A stretch of 61,817 nt of DNA, filler included. It is 4 parts of 4 records of this genome, joined end to end, with 100 filler letters (N's around TTAATTAATTAA, not from the genome) between each part and the next. Parts side by side here need not be neighbours in the genome. Positions count along the whole stretch, not along the records: positions 25,273 to 44,992 come from DRR723986_4153; positions 45,093 to 55,065 come from DRR723986_4154; 2 more parts are not named here. One strand, 5' to 3'. A program made the translations under genes and the position numbers. How positions within the stretch are numbered: the stretch's first letter is position 1; every line of letters begins with the position of its first letter. Of the stretch, positions 43,333 through 53,409 are shown one piece after another. The notes beneath the pieces were generated by a model. It saw only the letters and a list, made by a program, of their open reading frames with translations, searched no databases and was not told the DNA's origin.

Positions 43333-44727
43333 TTATAAAATAATGTACCGCACAACAAACAAGGCCGCGATTACTGCTGTAACAGGGTGAAGCGCTTTTA
43401 TCTCGCCTTTGGCTAACTTGATAAGAACATAAGAAATGATGCCCACACCAATACCGTTTGCGATGCTATAGGAAAACGGCATCAACGCAATCACCATGAA
43501 GGCTGGTACGGTGACTTCCATCTCACCGAAATCAATTTTGCTGACCGAGCCAATCATCAATATGCCGACCATAACAAGCGCGGCTGATGTGGCTGACACG
43601 GGAATCAAACTCACCAATGGGGCCAGGAAAATGCACAAGGTAAACAACAATGCGACAACAATGGCGGTCAGGCCGGTTTTGCCCCCGGCAGAAATACCGC
43701 TGCCGCTTTCAATGTAGGTTGTGGTGGTGGATGTGCCCAGCAATGAACCAACCGTGGTGGCAACAGCGTCAGACATCAGCGCTTTGTTAATGCGCGGCAG
43801 CTTGCCTTGCTTATCAAGAAACCCTCCTTTGTCAGCCGTGCCGTACAGGGTGCCTACCGTGTCCAGCAGATCAACCATAGTGAAGGCGAGTATTATTAAA
43901 AACACATCCAATAGCGCTTTGGCACCAAAGCCGCCTTCACCCCAAATGGCGTTAAAATCCATTTGAAGGAAGGTGGCGCTCACATCAAACGAGGGCGACG
44001 CCAGCGAGGCTGGTATAGCCGTTTCCCCCAGCATCAAGCTTAAAAGGGTAACAACCGCGATACCAATAAGGATGGCACCGCCCACCCGCCACACCGTTAG
44101 CGCCAGCATAACAACAAGCCCGATTAGGGTGAGGTATAGCGTGGGAGTAGAAAAATCACCAAATTGCAGAATTTGCGGCGGCGCATTGAGAATTTTGCCA
44201 ATTAATGCGCTCGTATCTGCTCCGGGGTTTGCGGCAACAATGTCAAGCACCGGGCCTTGGTTCACATCCACAATACCCGCATTATTCAAGCCAATAAGCG
44301 CAATGAACAAACCAATGCCCGCGGGAATGGCCTGCCGCACACCGGGCGGAATAGCGTCAATGATGGCGGCGCGAGCCCCGGTTGCGGTGAGCGCTATAAA
44401 AATCAGGCCTGAAATAAACACAATGGCAAGCGCACCCTGCCATGTATAGCCGCCCTGCAGCACCACGCCGTATACAAAAAAGGCGCTCAGGCCAATGCCC
44501 GGCGCTTGCGCAAAAGGATAATTGGCCAACAGCCCCATCATCATGCAGCCAATAGCCGCTGCAATGCAGGTGGCGATGGTTACAGCCTGAAAATCCATAC
44601 CGGTTTGCGCAAGCAAGGAAGGGCTGACAACAACGATATAGGCCATGGTGGAAAAAGTGGTGAGACCCGCAATAATCTCCCGGCCCAGCGTTGTGTTATT
44701 GTCGGCTAATCGAAAGAAATTTTGCAT
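43333..44727 (-). CDS. NCS2/AzgA family purine permease
   Basis: REIIAGLTTFSTMAYI, ANYPFAQAPGIG, GIGLFIALIGL, GTSTTTTYIESGSGI..GGKTGLT, MPFSYSIANG. Confidence 0.94.
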   Translation of the reverse strand: MQNFFRLADNNTTLGREIIAGLTTFSTMAYIVVVSPSLLAQTGMDFQAVTIATCIAAAIGCMMMGLLANYPFAQAPGIGLSAFFVYGVVLQGGYTWQGALAIVFISGLIFIALTATGARAAIIDAIPPGVRQAIPAGIGLFIALIGLNNAGIVDVNQGPVLDIVAANPGADTSALIGKILNAPPQILQFGDFSTPTLYLTLIGLVVMLALTVWRVGGAILIGIAVVTLLSLMLGETAIPASLASPSFDVSATFLQMDFNAIWGEGGFGAKALLDVFLIILAFTMVDLLDTVGTLYGTADKGGFLDKQGKLPRINKALMSDAVATTVGSLLGTSTTTTYIESGSGISAGGKTGLTAIVVALLFTLCIFLAPLVSLIPVSATSAALVMVGILMIGSVSKIDFGEMEVTVPAFMVIALMPFSYSIANGIGVGIISYVLIKLAKGEIKALHPVTAVIAALFVVRYIIL

Positions 44728-44882
44728 GTACCGCTACAAGCCCCCGTTTTCACTGCGCACAATACGTGTGCACCCTTATCCCCGACGGCGATAGTGACTA
44801 ATCACACGCCCAAGCACAAGCCTGTCTCTGACGCGACCCCGTAAAATGCCAAGGCATTGGCCAAAATGCATGAAAAAGACAC

Positions 44883-44911
44883 AAAAAAAGCCGCTCAAAA
44901 GAGCAGCTTTT
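44883..44911 (-). terminator. Intrinsic terminator downstream of tRNA-Arg
   Basis: AAAAGCTGCTC-TTTT-GAGCGGCTTTTTTT on the minus strand. Confidence 0.8.
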
Positions 44912-44932
44912 GCAATGTGTTTGAGGCCTTGA

Positions 44933-44992
44933 TGGTGCACCGGGGAGGATTCGAACCCCCGGCCCCCAGATTCGTAGTCTGGTGCTCTATCC
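44933..44992 (-). tRNA. tRNA-Arg (ACG), 5' end cut by contig end
   Basis: Minus strand GGATAGAGCACCAGACTACGAATCTGGGGGCCGGGGGTTCGAATCCTCCCCGGTGCACCA: anticodon ACG, T-loop, CCA. Confidence 0.93.
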
Positions 44993-45092
44993 NNNNNNNN
45001 NNNNNNNNNNNNNNNNNNNNNNNNNNNNNNNNNNNNTTAATTAATTAANNNNNNNNNNNNNNNNNNNNNNNNNNNNNNNNNNNNNNNNNNNN
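44993..45092. other. Artificial contig spacer
   Basis: N44-TTAATTAATTAA-N44. Confidence 0.98.
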
Positions 45093-45458
45093 AGAGGTGG
45101 ACCCGGTGCGCACCATCGACCAATTGCGCATCACATGGTCCTGAATACTGGCCTTGATCCACCAGATTGCATAGGTCGAGAACCGCACTCCGCGATCGGG
45201 GTCAAACTTGTCCGCTGCTTTCATCAGGCCTAGCCCGGCCTCTTGAATCAGGTCATTCATCGGGGCGCCATAGCGCTTGAACTTGCCCGCCATCGAAATG
45301 GCCAGCCGCATGTAGGCGGTGATCAAGCGGTGAAGCGCGGCCTCGTCGCGATTGTCGCGCCATGCATAGGCCAGCTCAAGCTCGGTTTCAGCGTCCAGCA
45401 GCTCCGCCTTCATTGCCGTTCGGGTCAGAGAAAACTCACGCGCGGATTGCATTGTCAT
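45093..45458 (-). CDS. rpoH2: Sigma-32 family factor (RpoH2-like), 3' truncated
   Basis: ELAYAWRD..DEAALHRLITAYMRLAISMA, DLIQEAGLGLMKAADKFDPDRGVRFSTYA, RNWSMVRTGST (variant RpoH box). Confidence 0.85.
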
Positions 45459-45555
45459 TGGATGATCTCCCCTCCCAGAAGCGGCGCACCTTGTGGTTTA
45501 CCTTTGTTAAAGATACGCATGAGCCTCAGGTTTGGTTCACTTCTGGAACGAAAAA

Positions 45556-46077
45556 ATGTTGCCGCGATCTACCTTCGTGCTAGGAGGCGCCGCCTCTGGC
45601 AAATCAAGCTGGGCTGAAGAGCTCTTGAAAAATGATGCCCGGCCAATGGTTTACCTTGCCACAGGTCAAATCTTTGATGAAGAGGTCGCGGCCAAGGTAG
45701 AAATTCACAAAAATCGACGCGATGCGCGGTGGCGGACCGTTGAGGCGCCGCTTGACCTTGCGCCCACCCTTGCCAATCTGACCGATGCGGAAACCGTTTT
45801 GGTCGATTGCGCCACCATGTGGCTGACCAACCATTTGATGCAGGACAACGATCTTGCCGGCGCTCAATCCGATCTCCTGCACGCTTTGCGCAATTGTGCT
45901 GCGCCATGGGTGATCGTGTCCAATGAGGTGGGCCACGGCATCGTCCCTGAAAACGCACTTGCCCGGCGGTTCCGCGAGGCGCAGGGGCGGCTCAATATCG
46001 CGCTGGCAGCCGAGGCTGATTTGGTGGTTCAAGTTACGGTTGGCCTGCCCAATGTTTTGAAAGGCACCTTGCCATGA
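45556..46077 (+). CDS. cobU: Adenosylcobinamide kinase/guanylyltransferase
   Basis: LGGAASGKS, YLAT, LVDCATMWLTN, VSNEVGHGIVPEN. Confidence 0.95.
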   Translation: MLPRSTFVLGGAASGKSSWAEELLKNDARPMVYLATGQIFDEEVAAKVEIHKNRRDARWRTVEAPLDLAPTLANLTDAETVLVDCATMWLTNHLMQDNDLAGAQSDLLHALRNCAAPWVIVSNEVGHGIVPENALARRFREAQGRLNIALAAEADLVVQVTVGLPNVLKGTLP

Positions 46078-46655
46078 CCGTTTGGCATTGGGTGCGCCAT
46101 GGCCCGACCCACGAAAAGACCTTTGTCGGTTGGCGCGATGTGCCGGCGGACCTGACGGACACCGCGCAGATTGCCCGGCTGTCAGATCATTTGCCCACGC
46201 CCGCCATCGTGATCTCCTCCGATCTGATCCGGGCCAGTGCCACCGCAGATGTGCTGCACCACCCAGAGCGCGAGCGGCTGCCCCATTCCGCCGACCTGCG
46301 CGAGCTGCATTTCGGAGTTTGGGACGGCATGCATTTCACCGAAGTTGCGGCCCGCGATCCTGAATTGTCCCGCGCCTATTGGGAAACCCCCGGCGAAGTG
46401 ATCCCGCCCGGCGGCGAGAGTTGGAACCAAACCGCGGCGCGGGTGAACGCTGTGGTGGATCAGTTGAACGCGGCACATCCAGACGCGCACATCATTGCCG
46501 TGGCGCATTTTGGTGTGATCCTGACGCAAGTGCAGCGGGCTATGGGCGCGTCTCCGACCGAAGCGATGGCCCATAAAATTGACAACCTGTCGGTGACACA
46601 GCTGTCGCATCACAAAGGCGAATGGGACATCGGGTATATCAATCACGTTCCGTGA
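46074..46655 (+). CDS. Histidine phosphatase family protein (CobC-like)
   Basis: VRHG, SSDLIRA, LRELHFGVWDG, PGGESW, VAHFGVI; coupled to cobU. Confidence 0.88.
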   Translation: MTVWHWVRHGPTHEKTFVGWRDVPADLTDTAQIARLSDHLPTPAIVISSDLIRASATADVLHHPERERLPHSADLRELHFGVWDGMHFTEVAARDPELSRAYWETPGEVIPPGGESWNQTAARVNAVVDQLNAAHPDAHIIAVAHFGVILTQVQRAMGASPTEAMAHKIDNLSVTQLSHHKGEWDIGYINHVP

Positions 46656-46713
46656 TGACCCTCCCCACGAAACAGCGATTGTCTCTGCCGAAATGCCGCG
46701 GTTATCTGCGCCT

Positions 46714-47400
46714 ATGACATATGACCTTTATATCGGCGATCGCACCTTCTCCAGCTGGTCCTTGCGGGGCTGGCTGATGTTGGAAAAATTCAACCTGCCC
46801 TATCAGGCGCATCTGGTCGGCCTCTATGGCGGTACGATGGCGCAGGAGATGGCCGATCTGGCCCCAGCCGTTTTGGTGCCTGCCTTGCGCACACCCGAAG
46901 GCACGGTAGTGGGCGAAAGCCTCGCCATTGCCGAAACGCTGGCCGAGCGGCACCCGCAGGCCGGGCTGTGGCCGCAAGATGCCGCAGACCGCGCCGCGGC
47001 CCGTTGGCTTTGCTCTGCGATGACCGCTGGCTTTGGCGCATTGCGCGACGCCTGCCCGATGCAGCTTCAGCATGTGAATGAAGGTTTCTCGGTTTCGGAT
47101 GCGGTGCAAAAAGACCTCGACCGGGTTGAGGTGCTTTGGCAGCACGCTTGGGACACACGGCAGGAAGACGGCCCGTGGCTCTTTGGCTCCTATAGCCTTG
47201 CCGATGCATTCTATGCGCCTGTCTGTGCCCGGATCGTGGGTTATGACCTGCCGGTCAGCGCCGCCGCGCGGCGCTATTGCGAGACCACGATCAATGATCC
47301 CGCGTTCAAGGCATGGCGGGCCGAAGGGCTTAAAGTGACCTACGATCCCTTCCCCTATGACATGGGCGTGCCAATCAAACGCTGGCCTGTCGGGGATTGA
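46714..47400 (+). CDS. Glutathione S-transferase family protein
   Basis: SSWSLRGWL, VPAL, ESLAIAETLAE, WLFG.YSLADAFYAPV. Confidence 0.92.
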   Translation: MTYDLYIGDRTFSSWSLRGWLMLEKFNLPYQAHLVGLYGGTMAQEMADLAPAVLVPALRTPEGTVVGESLAIAETLAERHPQAGLWPQDAADRAAARWLCSAMTAGFGALRDACPMQLQHVNEGFSVSDAVQKDLDRVEVLWQHAWDTRQEDGPWLFGSYSLADAFYAPVCARIVGYDLPVSAAARRYCETTINDPAFKAWRAEGLKVTYDPFPYDMGVPIKRWPVGD

Positions 47401-47495
47401 TCAAACTCCTGAACGCCTGTCCTTTGCTGGGGCGGGCGTTAACCATTCCTAAAGAACCCCTGCCTATTCCTTAACCCTCAGACTTTGGGGGGCAT

Positions 47496-49010
47496 ATGGT
47501 TTCACGCGCCTATTCGGTTGCGTTTCAGGGGGTAGAGGCCCGAATGGTCGAGGTGCAATGCGCCGTGACCGCAGGTCTGCCCGCGTTTTCCATCGTCGGC
47601 CTGCCAGACAAGGCCGTGTCCGAAGCCCGCGACCGTGTGCGCACCGCGCTGACGTCCATGGCAATTGCACTGCCGTCCAAACGTATCACCGTGAACCTCA
47701 GCCCGGCGGATCTGCCCAAAGAAGGCAGCCATTTTGACCTGCCCGTGGCCATGGCCCTGTTGGCTGCGCTGGATATTCTGCCCGACGATGTGACCCAAAA
47801 CACCGTGGCTTTGGGTGAGCTGTCACTGGACGGCACCTTGGTTCCGGTGGTTGGCGCCCTGCCCGCCGCAATGGCCGCAGCCGAACACGATCGCGGCCTG
47901 CTCTGCCCGGCAGGCTCAGGCGCCGAAGCGGCATGGGTCGGCTCCACCCAAGTGATCGCTGCGGCCACATTGGGCGATGTGGTGCGACACTACACCGGGC
48001 AAAACCCGCTGCCCCCCGCCGAACCCGGCGAAGTGCCGGATGCGCCGCAAGGGCGTGATTTGCGCGACGTTAAAGGGCAAGAACGAGCCAAACGCGCGCT
48101 TGAGATTGCAGCGGCGGGGCGGCATCATCTGATGTTTGTCGGCACACCGGGGTCGGGCAAAAGCATGCTTGCGGCGCGGCTCCCTTCGATCCTGCCACCC
48201 CTGACCCCGGCAGAGGCGCTGGAAACCTCCATGATCCATTCCTTGGCGGGGCTACTGGACGAAGGCGGCATTTCCCGCGCCCGCCCGTTTCGCGAACCAC
48301 ATCACACCGCCTCTATGGCCGCGATCATCGGCGGCGGACGTCAGGCCAAGCCCGGTGAGGTCAGTCTGGCGCACAATGGAGTTCTGTTTATGGACGAGTT
48401 TCCCGAATTTCCCCGCATGGTGCTTGAAACGCTGCGCCAACCGATTGAGACCGGCGAAGTGATGATTGCCCGCGCCAACGCCCATGTAAAATATCCCTGC
48501 CGGTTTATGCTGGTAGCGGCGGCGAACCCATGCAAATGTGGTTACCTCAGTGACCCTGAACGGGCCTGCGCACGCGTGCCGCAATGCGGAGAAGACTACC
48601 TTGGCCGCATTTCAGGTCCGCTCATGGACCGGTTTGATCTGCGCGTGGACGTGCCGCCCGTGGCCTTCACCGATCTGGATTTGCCCGCAAGTGGCGAAGG
48701 CTCTGCCGAGGTTGCGGCAAGAGTCGCCAAAGCGCGTGCGGCGCAAACCTCACGCTATACAGGTATGGCCAGTATGCGGGTCAACGCAGATGCCGAAGGT
48801 GATCTGCTGGAAGAAATCGCCACCCCCGACAGCGAAGCACGGGCGCTGCTGGTGAAGGCCGCAGAGCGGTTCAATCTGTCGGCACGGGGCTATCATCGGG
48901 TGATCCGGGTGGCGCGCACCATCGCCGATCTGGATGGATCGGAAACCGTGCGCAAACCCCATATCGCAGAGGCGATCAGCTTTCGCTTGGCCGCTCCGGC
49001 AACTGCCTGA
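47496..49010 (+). CDS. comM: YifB/ComM Mg-chelatase-like AAA+ helicase
   Basis: VGLPDKAVSEARDRVR, NLSPADLPKEGSHFDL, GTPGSGKS, PGEVSLAHNGVLFMDE, NPCKCG, SARGYHRVIRVARTIADL. Confidence 0.95.
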   Translation: MVSRAYSVAFQGVEARMVEVQCAVTAGLPAFSIVGLPDKAVSEARDRVRTALTSMAIALPSKRITVNLSPADLPKEGSHFDLPVAMALLAALDILPDDVTQNTVALGELSLDGTLVPVVGALPAAMAAAEHDRGLLCPAGSGAEAAWVGSTQVIAAATLGDVVRHYTGQNPLPPAEPGEVPDAPQGRDLRDVKGQERAKRALEIAAAGRHHLMFVGTPGSGKSMLAARLPSILPPLTPAEALETSMIHSLAGLLDEGGISRARPFREPHHTASMAAIIGGGRQAKPGEVSLAHNGVLFMDEFPEFPRMVLETLRQPIETGEVMIARANAHVKYPCRFMLVAAANPCKCGYLSDPERACARVPQCGEDYLGRISGPLMDRFDLRVDVPPVAFTDLDLPASGEGSAEVAARVAKARAAQTSRYTGMASMRVNADAEGDLLEEIATPDSEARALLVKAAERFNLSARGYHRVIRVARTIADLDGSETVRKPHIAEAISFRLAAPATA

Positions 49011-49902
49011 TCCAGTTGGCCAGATCATCCAGAGTCTGCCGGGCTTCGGGCAGGATATTGTGCAGGATCGGCCAGACGTGGGGCAAGTCATGCTTTTCGT
49101 CCAACTGCACTGTCACACCGCATTCGCGCAGCCGGGCGGCGATGGCATGGGCATCATCGCGCAATATCTCGGTGTCACCCACCGTTATCCAGACCGGTGG
49201 CGCACCGGTGAAATCTGCATGAACCGGGCTGACCGCCGGATCAGCCGGGTCGCAGCCGCCGAGGTAAGCTTCGCTGCATTCTGCGGCGCGGCTTGCGGGC
49301 AATACCGCTTCGCGCCGGGCGTTCTGGGTAAAGCTTTCACTGTTATGCGCCATATCCGTGAGCGGGGAAAAACCGAACAAAGCGGCTGGTCCGCCTGCCC
49401 CATCGGCACATAGTTCGGCCAGAAGGCCCAGCGCCAGAGCGCCGCCTGCGCTGTCTCCGCCCAATACGATGTCAGAAGGGGCAAACCCCTGGGCCAGCAA
49501 CCCATCCCATGCTTGGCGCAGATCTTGCTTCGCCGCAGGGAAAGGCGCTTCTGGGGCCAACCTGTATTGCGGCAAAAACACCCGTGCTCCGGTCCGCCGC
49601 GCCAGTTGCGCCATCATCGCAGCATGGGTGCGCGGGCTGCCAAAAACAAAGGCGCCGCCATGAATGTAAAGAATGACACGCTTGGCCTGCGGTTTTTTGG
49701 GGCGCACTTCCAAGGCGTCAACAACGCCACTTGCACTGCTCAGCTTGAGCCAGTTTTGCTGTGTGCCACGCGGCGCGTGGAATAGGAACTTTGCCTTTAA
49801 CTCAAGCGAACGGCGCAATGCGGCGGCATCTTTGGCACGGGCCATGGCCGGTTTTTCCACCTGCCGCATCCAGAAATTGATCAATGGTCGGCGCAGGCTC
49901 AT
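48976..49902 (-). CDS. Alpha/beta hydrolase (HSL-family esterase)
   Basis: HGGAF oxyanion motif, [19 protein letters not shown]. Confidence 0.92.
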   Translation of the reverse strand: MSLRRPLINFWMRQVEKPAMARAKDAAALRRSLELKAKFLFHAPRGTQQNWLKLSSASGVVDALEVRPKKPQAKRVILYIHGGAFVFGSPRTHAAMMAQLARRTGARVFLPQYRLAPEAPFPAAKQDLRQAWDGLLAQGFAPSDIVLGGDSAGGALALGLLAELCADGAGGPAALFGFSPLTDMAHNSESFTQNARREAVLPASRAAECSEAYLGGCDPADPAVSPVHADFTGAPPVWITVGDTEILRDDAHAIAARLRECGVTVQLDEKHDLPHVWPILHNILPEARQTLDDLANWIRQLPERPSES

Positions 49903-50834
49903 GCGCGGCGGGCCTCGATTGCGTCCCAGATTTTTGCGGCAATATTGACCCCGTCAAAGCGCTCCAGCTCCTGAATGCCGGTGGGCGAGGTCACGTTGAT
50001 CTCGGTCAGGTAATCGCCAATCACATCGATGCCGACAAAGACCTGGCCCTTTTCCTTCAGCAGCGGGCCAATCGCATCACAGATCTCAAGATCACGATCG
50101 CTCAACCCGATCTTTTCGGGCCGCCCGCCCACATGCATGTTTGACCGGGTTTCACCAGCGGCTGGCACGCGGTTGATTGCACCAACCGGAGCGCCATCGA
50201 CCAAGATCACGCGTTTATCGCCCTTGGACACCGCTGGCAGAAACTTTTGCACGATCAGTGGCTCACGAGAGAACCCTGTGAACAATTCATGCAAAGAGGT
50301 CAGGTTGCGATCCTGCGCATCAAGACGGAACACCCCCGCGCCGCCATTGCCGTAAAGCGGCTTTAGAATGACATCGCCATGTCTGGCCTTGAACGCCTTG
50401 ATGGTTTCAAGATCCCGCGCAATGGTCGTGGGCGGCGTCAGGTCCGGGAAATCCAGCACCAACAGCTTTTCAGGATAGTTTCGCACCCAGAACGGATCAT
50501 TGACCACCAATGTGGTCTCTTTCAATCGGTCCAACAGATGGGTCGAGGTGATGTAATGCATGTCGAATGGCGGGTCTTGCCGAAGCCAGACAACATCATA
50601 GTCCGCAAGATCCACTTCGATCTCCGGGCCAAGCTGGGCATGATCACCCTGAACCCGCTGCACCGTAAAGGAATGGCCGCGGGCGGTGATCCGGCCCTCT
50701 TGATAGGCCAGATGATCGGGCGTGTAGAAAAACAGCTCATGCCCCCGCGCCTGCGCCTCCTCAGCGAGACGAAAGCTGCTGTCGGCGTCGATATTCACGT
50801 CCCCAATGGGGTCCATCTGAAAGGCGATTTTCAT
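49899..50834 (-). CDS. gshB: Glutathione synthetase
   Basis: [51 protein letters not shown]. Confidence 0.98.
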   Translation of the reverse strand: MKIAFQMDPIGDVNIDADSSFRLAEEAQARGHELFFYTPDHLAYQEGRITARGHSFTVQRVQGDHAQLGPEIEVDLADYDVVWLRQDPPFDMHYITSTHLLDRLKETTLVVNDPFWVRNYPEKLLVLDFPDLTPPTTIARDLETIKAFKARHGDVILKPLYGNGGAGVFRLDAQDRNLTSLHELFTGFSREPLIVQKFLPAVSKGDKRVILVDGAPVGAINRVPAAGETRSNMHVGGRPEKIGLSDRDLEICDAIGPLLKEKGQVFVGIDVIGDYLTEINVTSPTGIQELERFDGVNIAAKIWDAIEARRA

Positions 50835-50891
50835 GGGCTTATCCTTACTGCGTTCTCCTTAGATGGCGCAGGAAGGCAGCTTTCGCAATGG

Positions 50892-51269
50892 TCAGCCGTG
50901 CCCGAAAGCGTTTTCGATGATACGGGTGTCGCCGCAACCATCAACCAGTGCAACGTCAAAGCGGACCTCTGTAAGACTTCCGGCTGGCTCAGATCCAATA
51001 AATTCTTCGGCGGATGCATAAATGCGGCGCATCTGGCGGATGCTCAGGCTGTCTGCTGCACGGTCAAAATCGCGGCTTTGCTTAACTTCGACAAAAATCA
51101 ACCCGTTGCCATCACGCACAATCAAGTCAATTTCGCCACCTTTGCCACGCCACCGACGCCGCGCAACGGCAAAACCGCGCCGCTCATAGTCTTGTGCGAT
51201 ACGGTTTTCAGCGGCCATCCCGGCATGAAAAGCGGCCTTGCCCCGATGATGTCTGACGCCTTGTGTCAC
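50892..51269 (-). CDS. yraN: YraN family PD-(D/E)xK nuclease (UPF0102)
   Basis: G..AE, GEIDLI, FVEVKQSR, RFDVALV. Confidence 0.93.
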   Translation of the reverse strand: MTQGVRHHRGKAAFHAGMAAENRIAQDYERRGFAVARRRWRGKGGEIDLIVRDGNGLIFVEVKQSRDFDRAADSLSIRQMRRIYASAEEFIGSEPAGSLTEVRFDVALVDGCGDTRIIENAFGHG

Positions 51270-52129
51270 GTATCGCCCTTTCCCATGGCCAATGCGGCTT
51301 GATAAACCTGTCTGCGCGGCAGCGCATGTGCCTGCGCCACCATATCGACGGCATCGCGCATAGACATATTTGCCAGCGCTTGCCGCAGGTCTGTTTCTAG
51401 GTCCGAAGAATTAACAGAGTGTTGACGATTGCGGTCGATCAAGACCACGACCTCGCCTTTGGGGGCCTTGTTTGCAAAAAGATCGGCCAGATCGGTCAGC
51501 GTCCCGCGCTGCACCTCTTCAAATCTCTTGGTCAACTCGCGGCACATTGCGCCCTGCCGGTCGGGACCAAGTATCGCCGCCGCGTCGCGCAGCATCGCGC
51601 CAAGCCGTTTGGGGGATTCGTAGAACACCAATGTGCCGGGAATGTCGCGGAGCGCTTCAAGGGCGCTGCATCGTGCCGCTTTTGCGTTTGGCAGGAAACC
51701 GGCAAAGAAAAACGCATCCGGTGGCAATCCGCCCAGCGCCAGCGCAGTGAGCACCGCCGACGGGCCTGGCGCACAGGTCAGCATCACACCAGCCGCCGCC
51801 GCCGCGCGGGCCAGCTCGAACCCCGGATCTGCAATCAGGGGCATCCCGGCCTCCGAGGCATAGGCGACCGATTTTCCCTCGGTCATCAAGGCAATCAGCT
51901 TGTCCTGCACGCCGCTGCCGCTGTGATCATGCAGCGCCAGAACCCGCCGTTCCCCCAGAGGCACCCCATGAATATCCATCAGACGGCGGAGGCTGCGGGT
52001 GTCTTCGGCGGCCAGCACATCGGCTGAGGCCAGCACATCCAGCGCCCGTAGGGTGATGTCCCTTGCCGTGCCAATCGGCACGCCGACAAAATACAAACCC
52101 GCCGATAAGGGTGTCTTTTGGTAATTCAC
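51266..52129 (-). CDS. rsmI: 16S rRNA (cytidine1402-2'-O)-methyltransferase
   Basis: LYFVGVPIG..DITLRAL, AEDTR, SEAGMPLIADPG, PGPSA, YESPKR, RELTKRFEE. Confidence 0.96.
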   Translation of the reverse strand: MNYQKTPLSAGLYFVGVPIGTARDITLRALDVLASADVLAAEDTRSLRRLMDIHGVPLGERRVLALHDHSGSGVQDKLIALMTEGKSVAYASEAGMPLIADPGFELARAAAAAGVMLTCAPGPSAVLTALALGGLPPDAFFFAGFLPNAKAARCSALEALRDIPGTLVFYESPKRLGAMLRDAAAILGPDRQGAMCRELTKRFEEVQRGTLTDLADLFANKAPKGEVVVLIDRNRQHSVNSSDLETDLRQALANMSMRDAVDMVAQAHALPRRQVYQAALAMGKGDT

Positions 52130-52223
52130 GCTGGACCAGCCTTTCGCACTCACTATGATTGCGGCACATCCTGTTTTTGTTTGCGCCGTTGCGCCGTCCT
52201 ACCACCGGGGGAGTGAGTTTAGA

Positions 52224-53408
52224 ATGATTGCTTTTTTTGATAAGTGCCGCAAGCGGGTGCGCTTGATGGTTCTGCCGCTTTTTGCGATGGCTTTGGCGGC
52301 CTGTGATCCGGCGGCAATGGGCAGTTTGGCCAACACCGGTGGGGCCAAAATCGACACGAATGCGCCCGTTCCTGTGGCACTTTTGATCCCGCGTGGCGGC
52401 TCGGCCAGTGACGAACTGCTGGCAAAGAACCTAGAGAACGCCGCGCGTCTGGCCATGCGTGATCTGGGCGGCGTCGAAGTGGATCTGCGGGTCTACGGCA
52501 CGGCGGGCAATGCAGCCACAGCGGCCAGCGCGGCCACAACAGCCGTCAATGACGGGGCCAAGATCATTCTGGGGCCGGTTTACGGCGAGGCCGCCAATGC
52601 CGCTGGCGTTGCTGTGGCCAAGCAGGGTGTGAACGTTTTGTCGTTCTCCAACAACCCTACGATCGCGGGCGGCAACGTTTTTGTTCTGGGGCCAACCTTT
52701 GGCAACACTGCCAACCGTCTGGTGCGCTACGGCAAGCGCAACGGCAAGGACCGGATCGTTATTTTGCACGGTCAGGATGTGGCCGGCCAGTTGGGGCGCG
52801 ACGCCATCCAGCAGGCCATTTCATCAAATGGCGCAACCCTGTCGGGCACTGTTGATTACGCGTTGAGCCAGGAATCGGTGATTGCCTCGGTGCCGCGCGT
52901 TAAATCAACTATGGACGCGTCTGGTGCAAATGCGCTGTTCCTGACCACCTCCTCGGCCAGCGCCCTGCCGCTGTTTGCGCAGCTTTTGCCAGAGGCCGAC
53001 GTGAGCGCGGCGAACACCCAGTACATTGGCCTGACCCGTTGGGACATCCCACCACAAACGCTGGACCTGCCGGGCGTACAGGGTGGCTGGTTTGCGCTGC
53101 CTGATCCGGCGGCCTCCGGCGCGTTCCGCCAGCGCTACAGCGCAGCTTATGGATCTGATCCGCACCCATTGGCCGGGCTGGCCTTTGATGGCATCGCCGC
53201 TGTCGGGGCATTGGCCAAATCCGGCAAGGCCACCGCGCTGACCGGCGCTAGCCTCACCCAAGGGGCAGGCTTTCGCGGTGCAACCGGGATCTTCCGTCTG
53301 CGCAAGGATGGCACCAACGAACGTGGATTGGCCGTTGCAACAATCCGCGACAAGGCCGTGGTTGTCGTAGAGAATGCGCCGCAGTCCTTTGGTGGGGCCG
53401 GGTTCTGA
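52224..53408 (+). CDS. Penicillin-binding protein activator LpoA-like lipoprotein
   Basis: Lipobox LAAC, VALLIP, ILGP, GFRGATGIFRL..DGTNERGLAV; divergent from rsmI. Confidence 0.85.
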   Translation: MIAFFDKCRKRVRLMVLPLFAMALAACDPAAMGSLANTGGAKIDTNAPVPVALLIPRGGSASDELLAKNLENAARLAMRDLGGVEVDLRVYGTAGNAATAASAATTAVNDGAKIILGPVYGEAANAAGVAVAKQGVNVLSFSNNPTIAGGNVFVLGPTFGNTANRLVRYGKRNGKDRIVILHGQDVAGQLGRDAIQQAISSNGATLSGTVDYALSQESVIASVPRVKSTMDASGANALFLTTSSASALPLFAQLLPEADVSAANTQYIGLTRWDIPPQTLDLPGVQGGWFALPDPAASGAFRQRYSAAYGSDPHPLAGLAFDGIAAVGALAKSGKATALTGASLTQGAGFRGATGIFRLRKDGTNERGLAVATIRDKAVVVVENAPQSFGGAGF

Positions 53409-53409
53409 A

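Noticed and set aside
44728..44880. Purine riboswitch upstream of the NCS2 permease
   Set aside because: No purine aptamer core (TATAAT...GGTTTCTACC...CCGTAAA...GACTA) could be assembled; only a small hairpin
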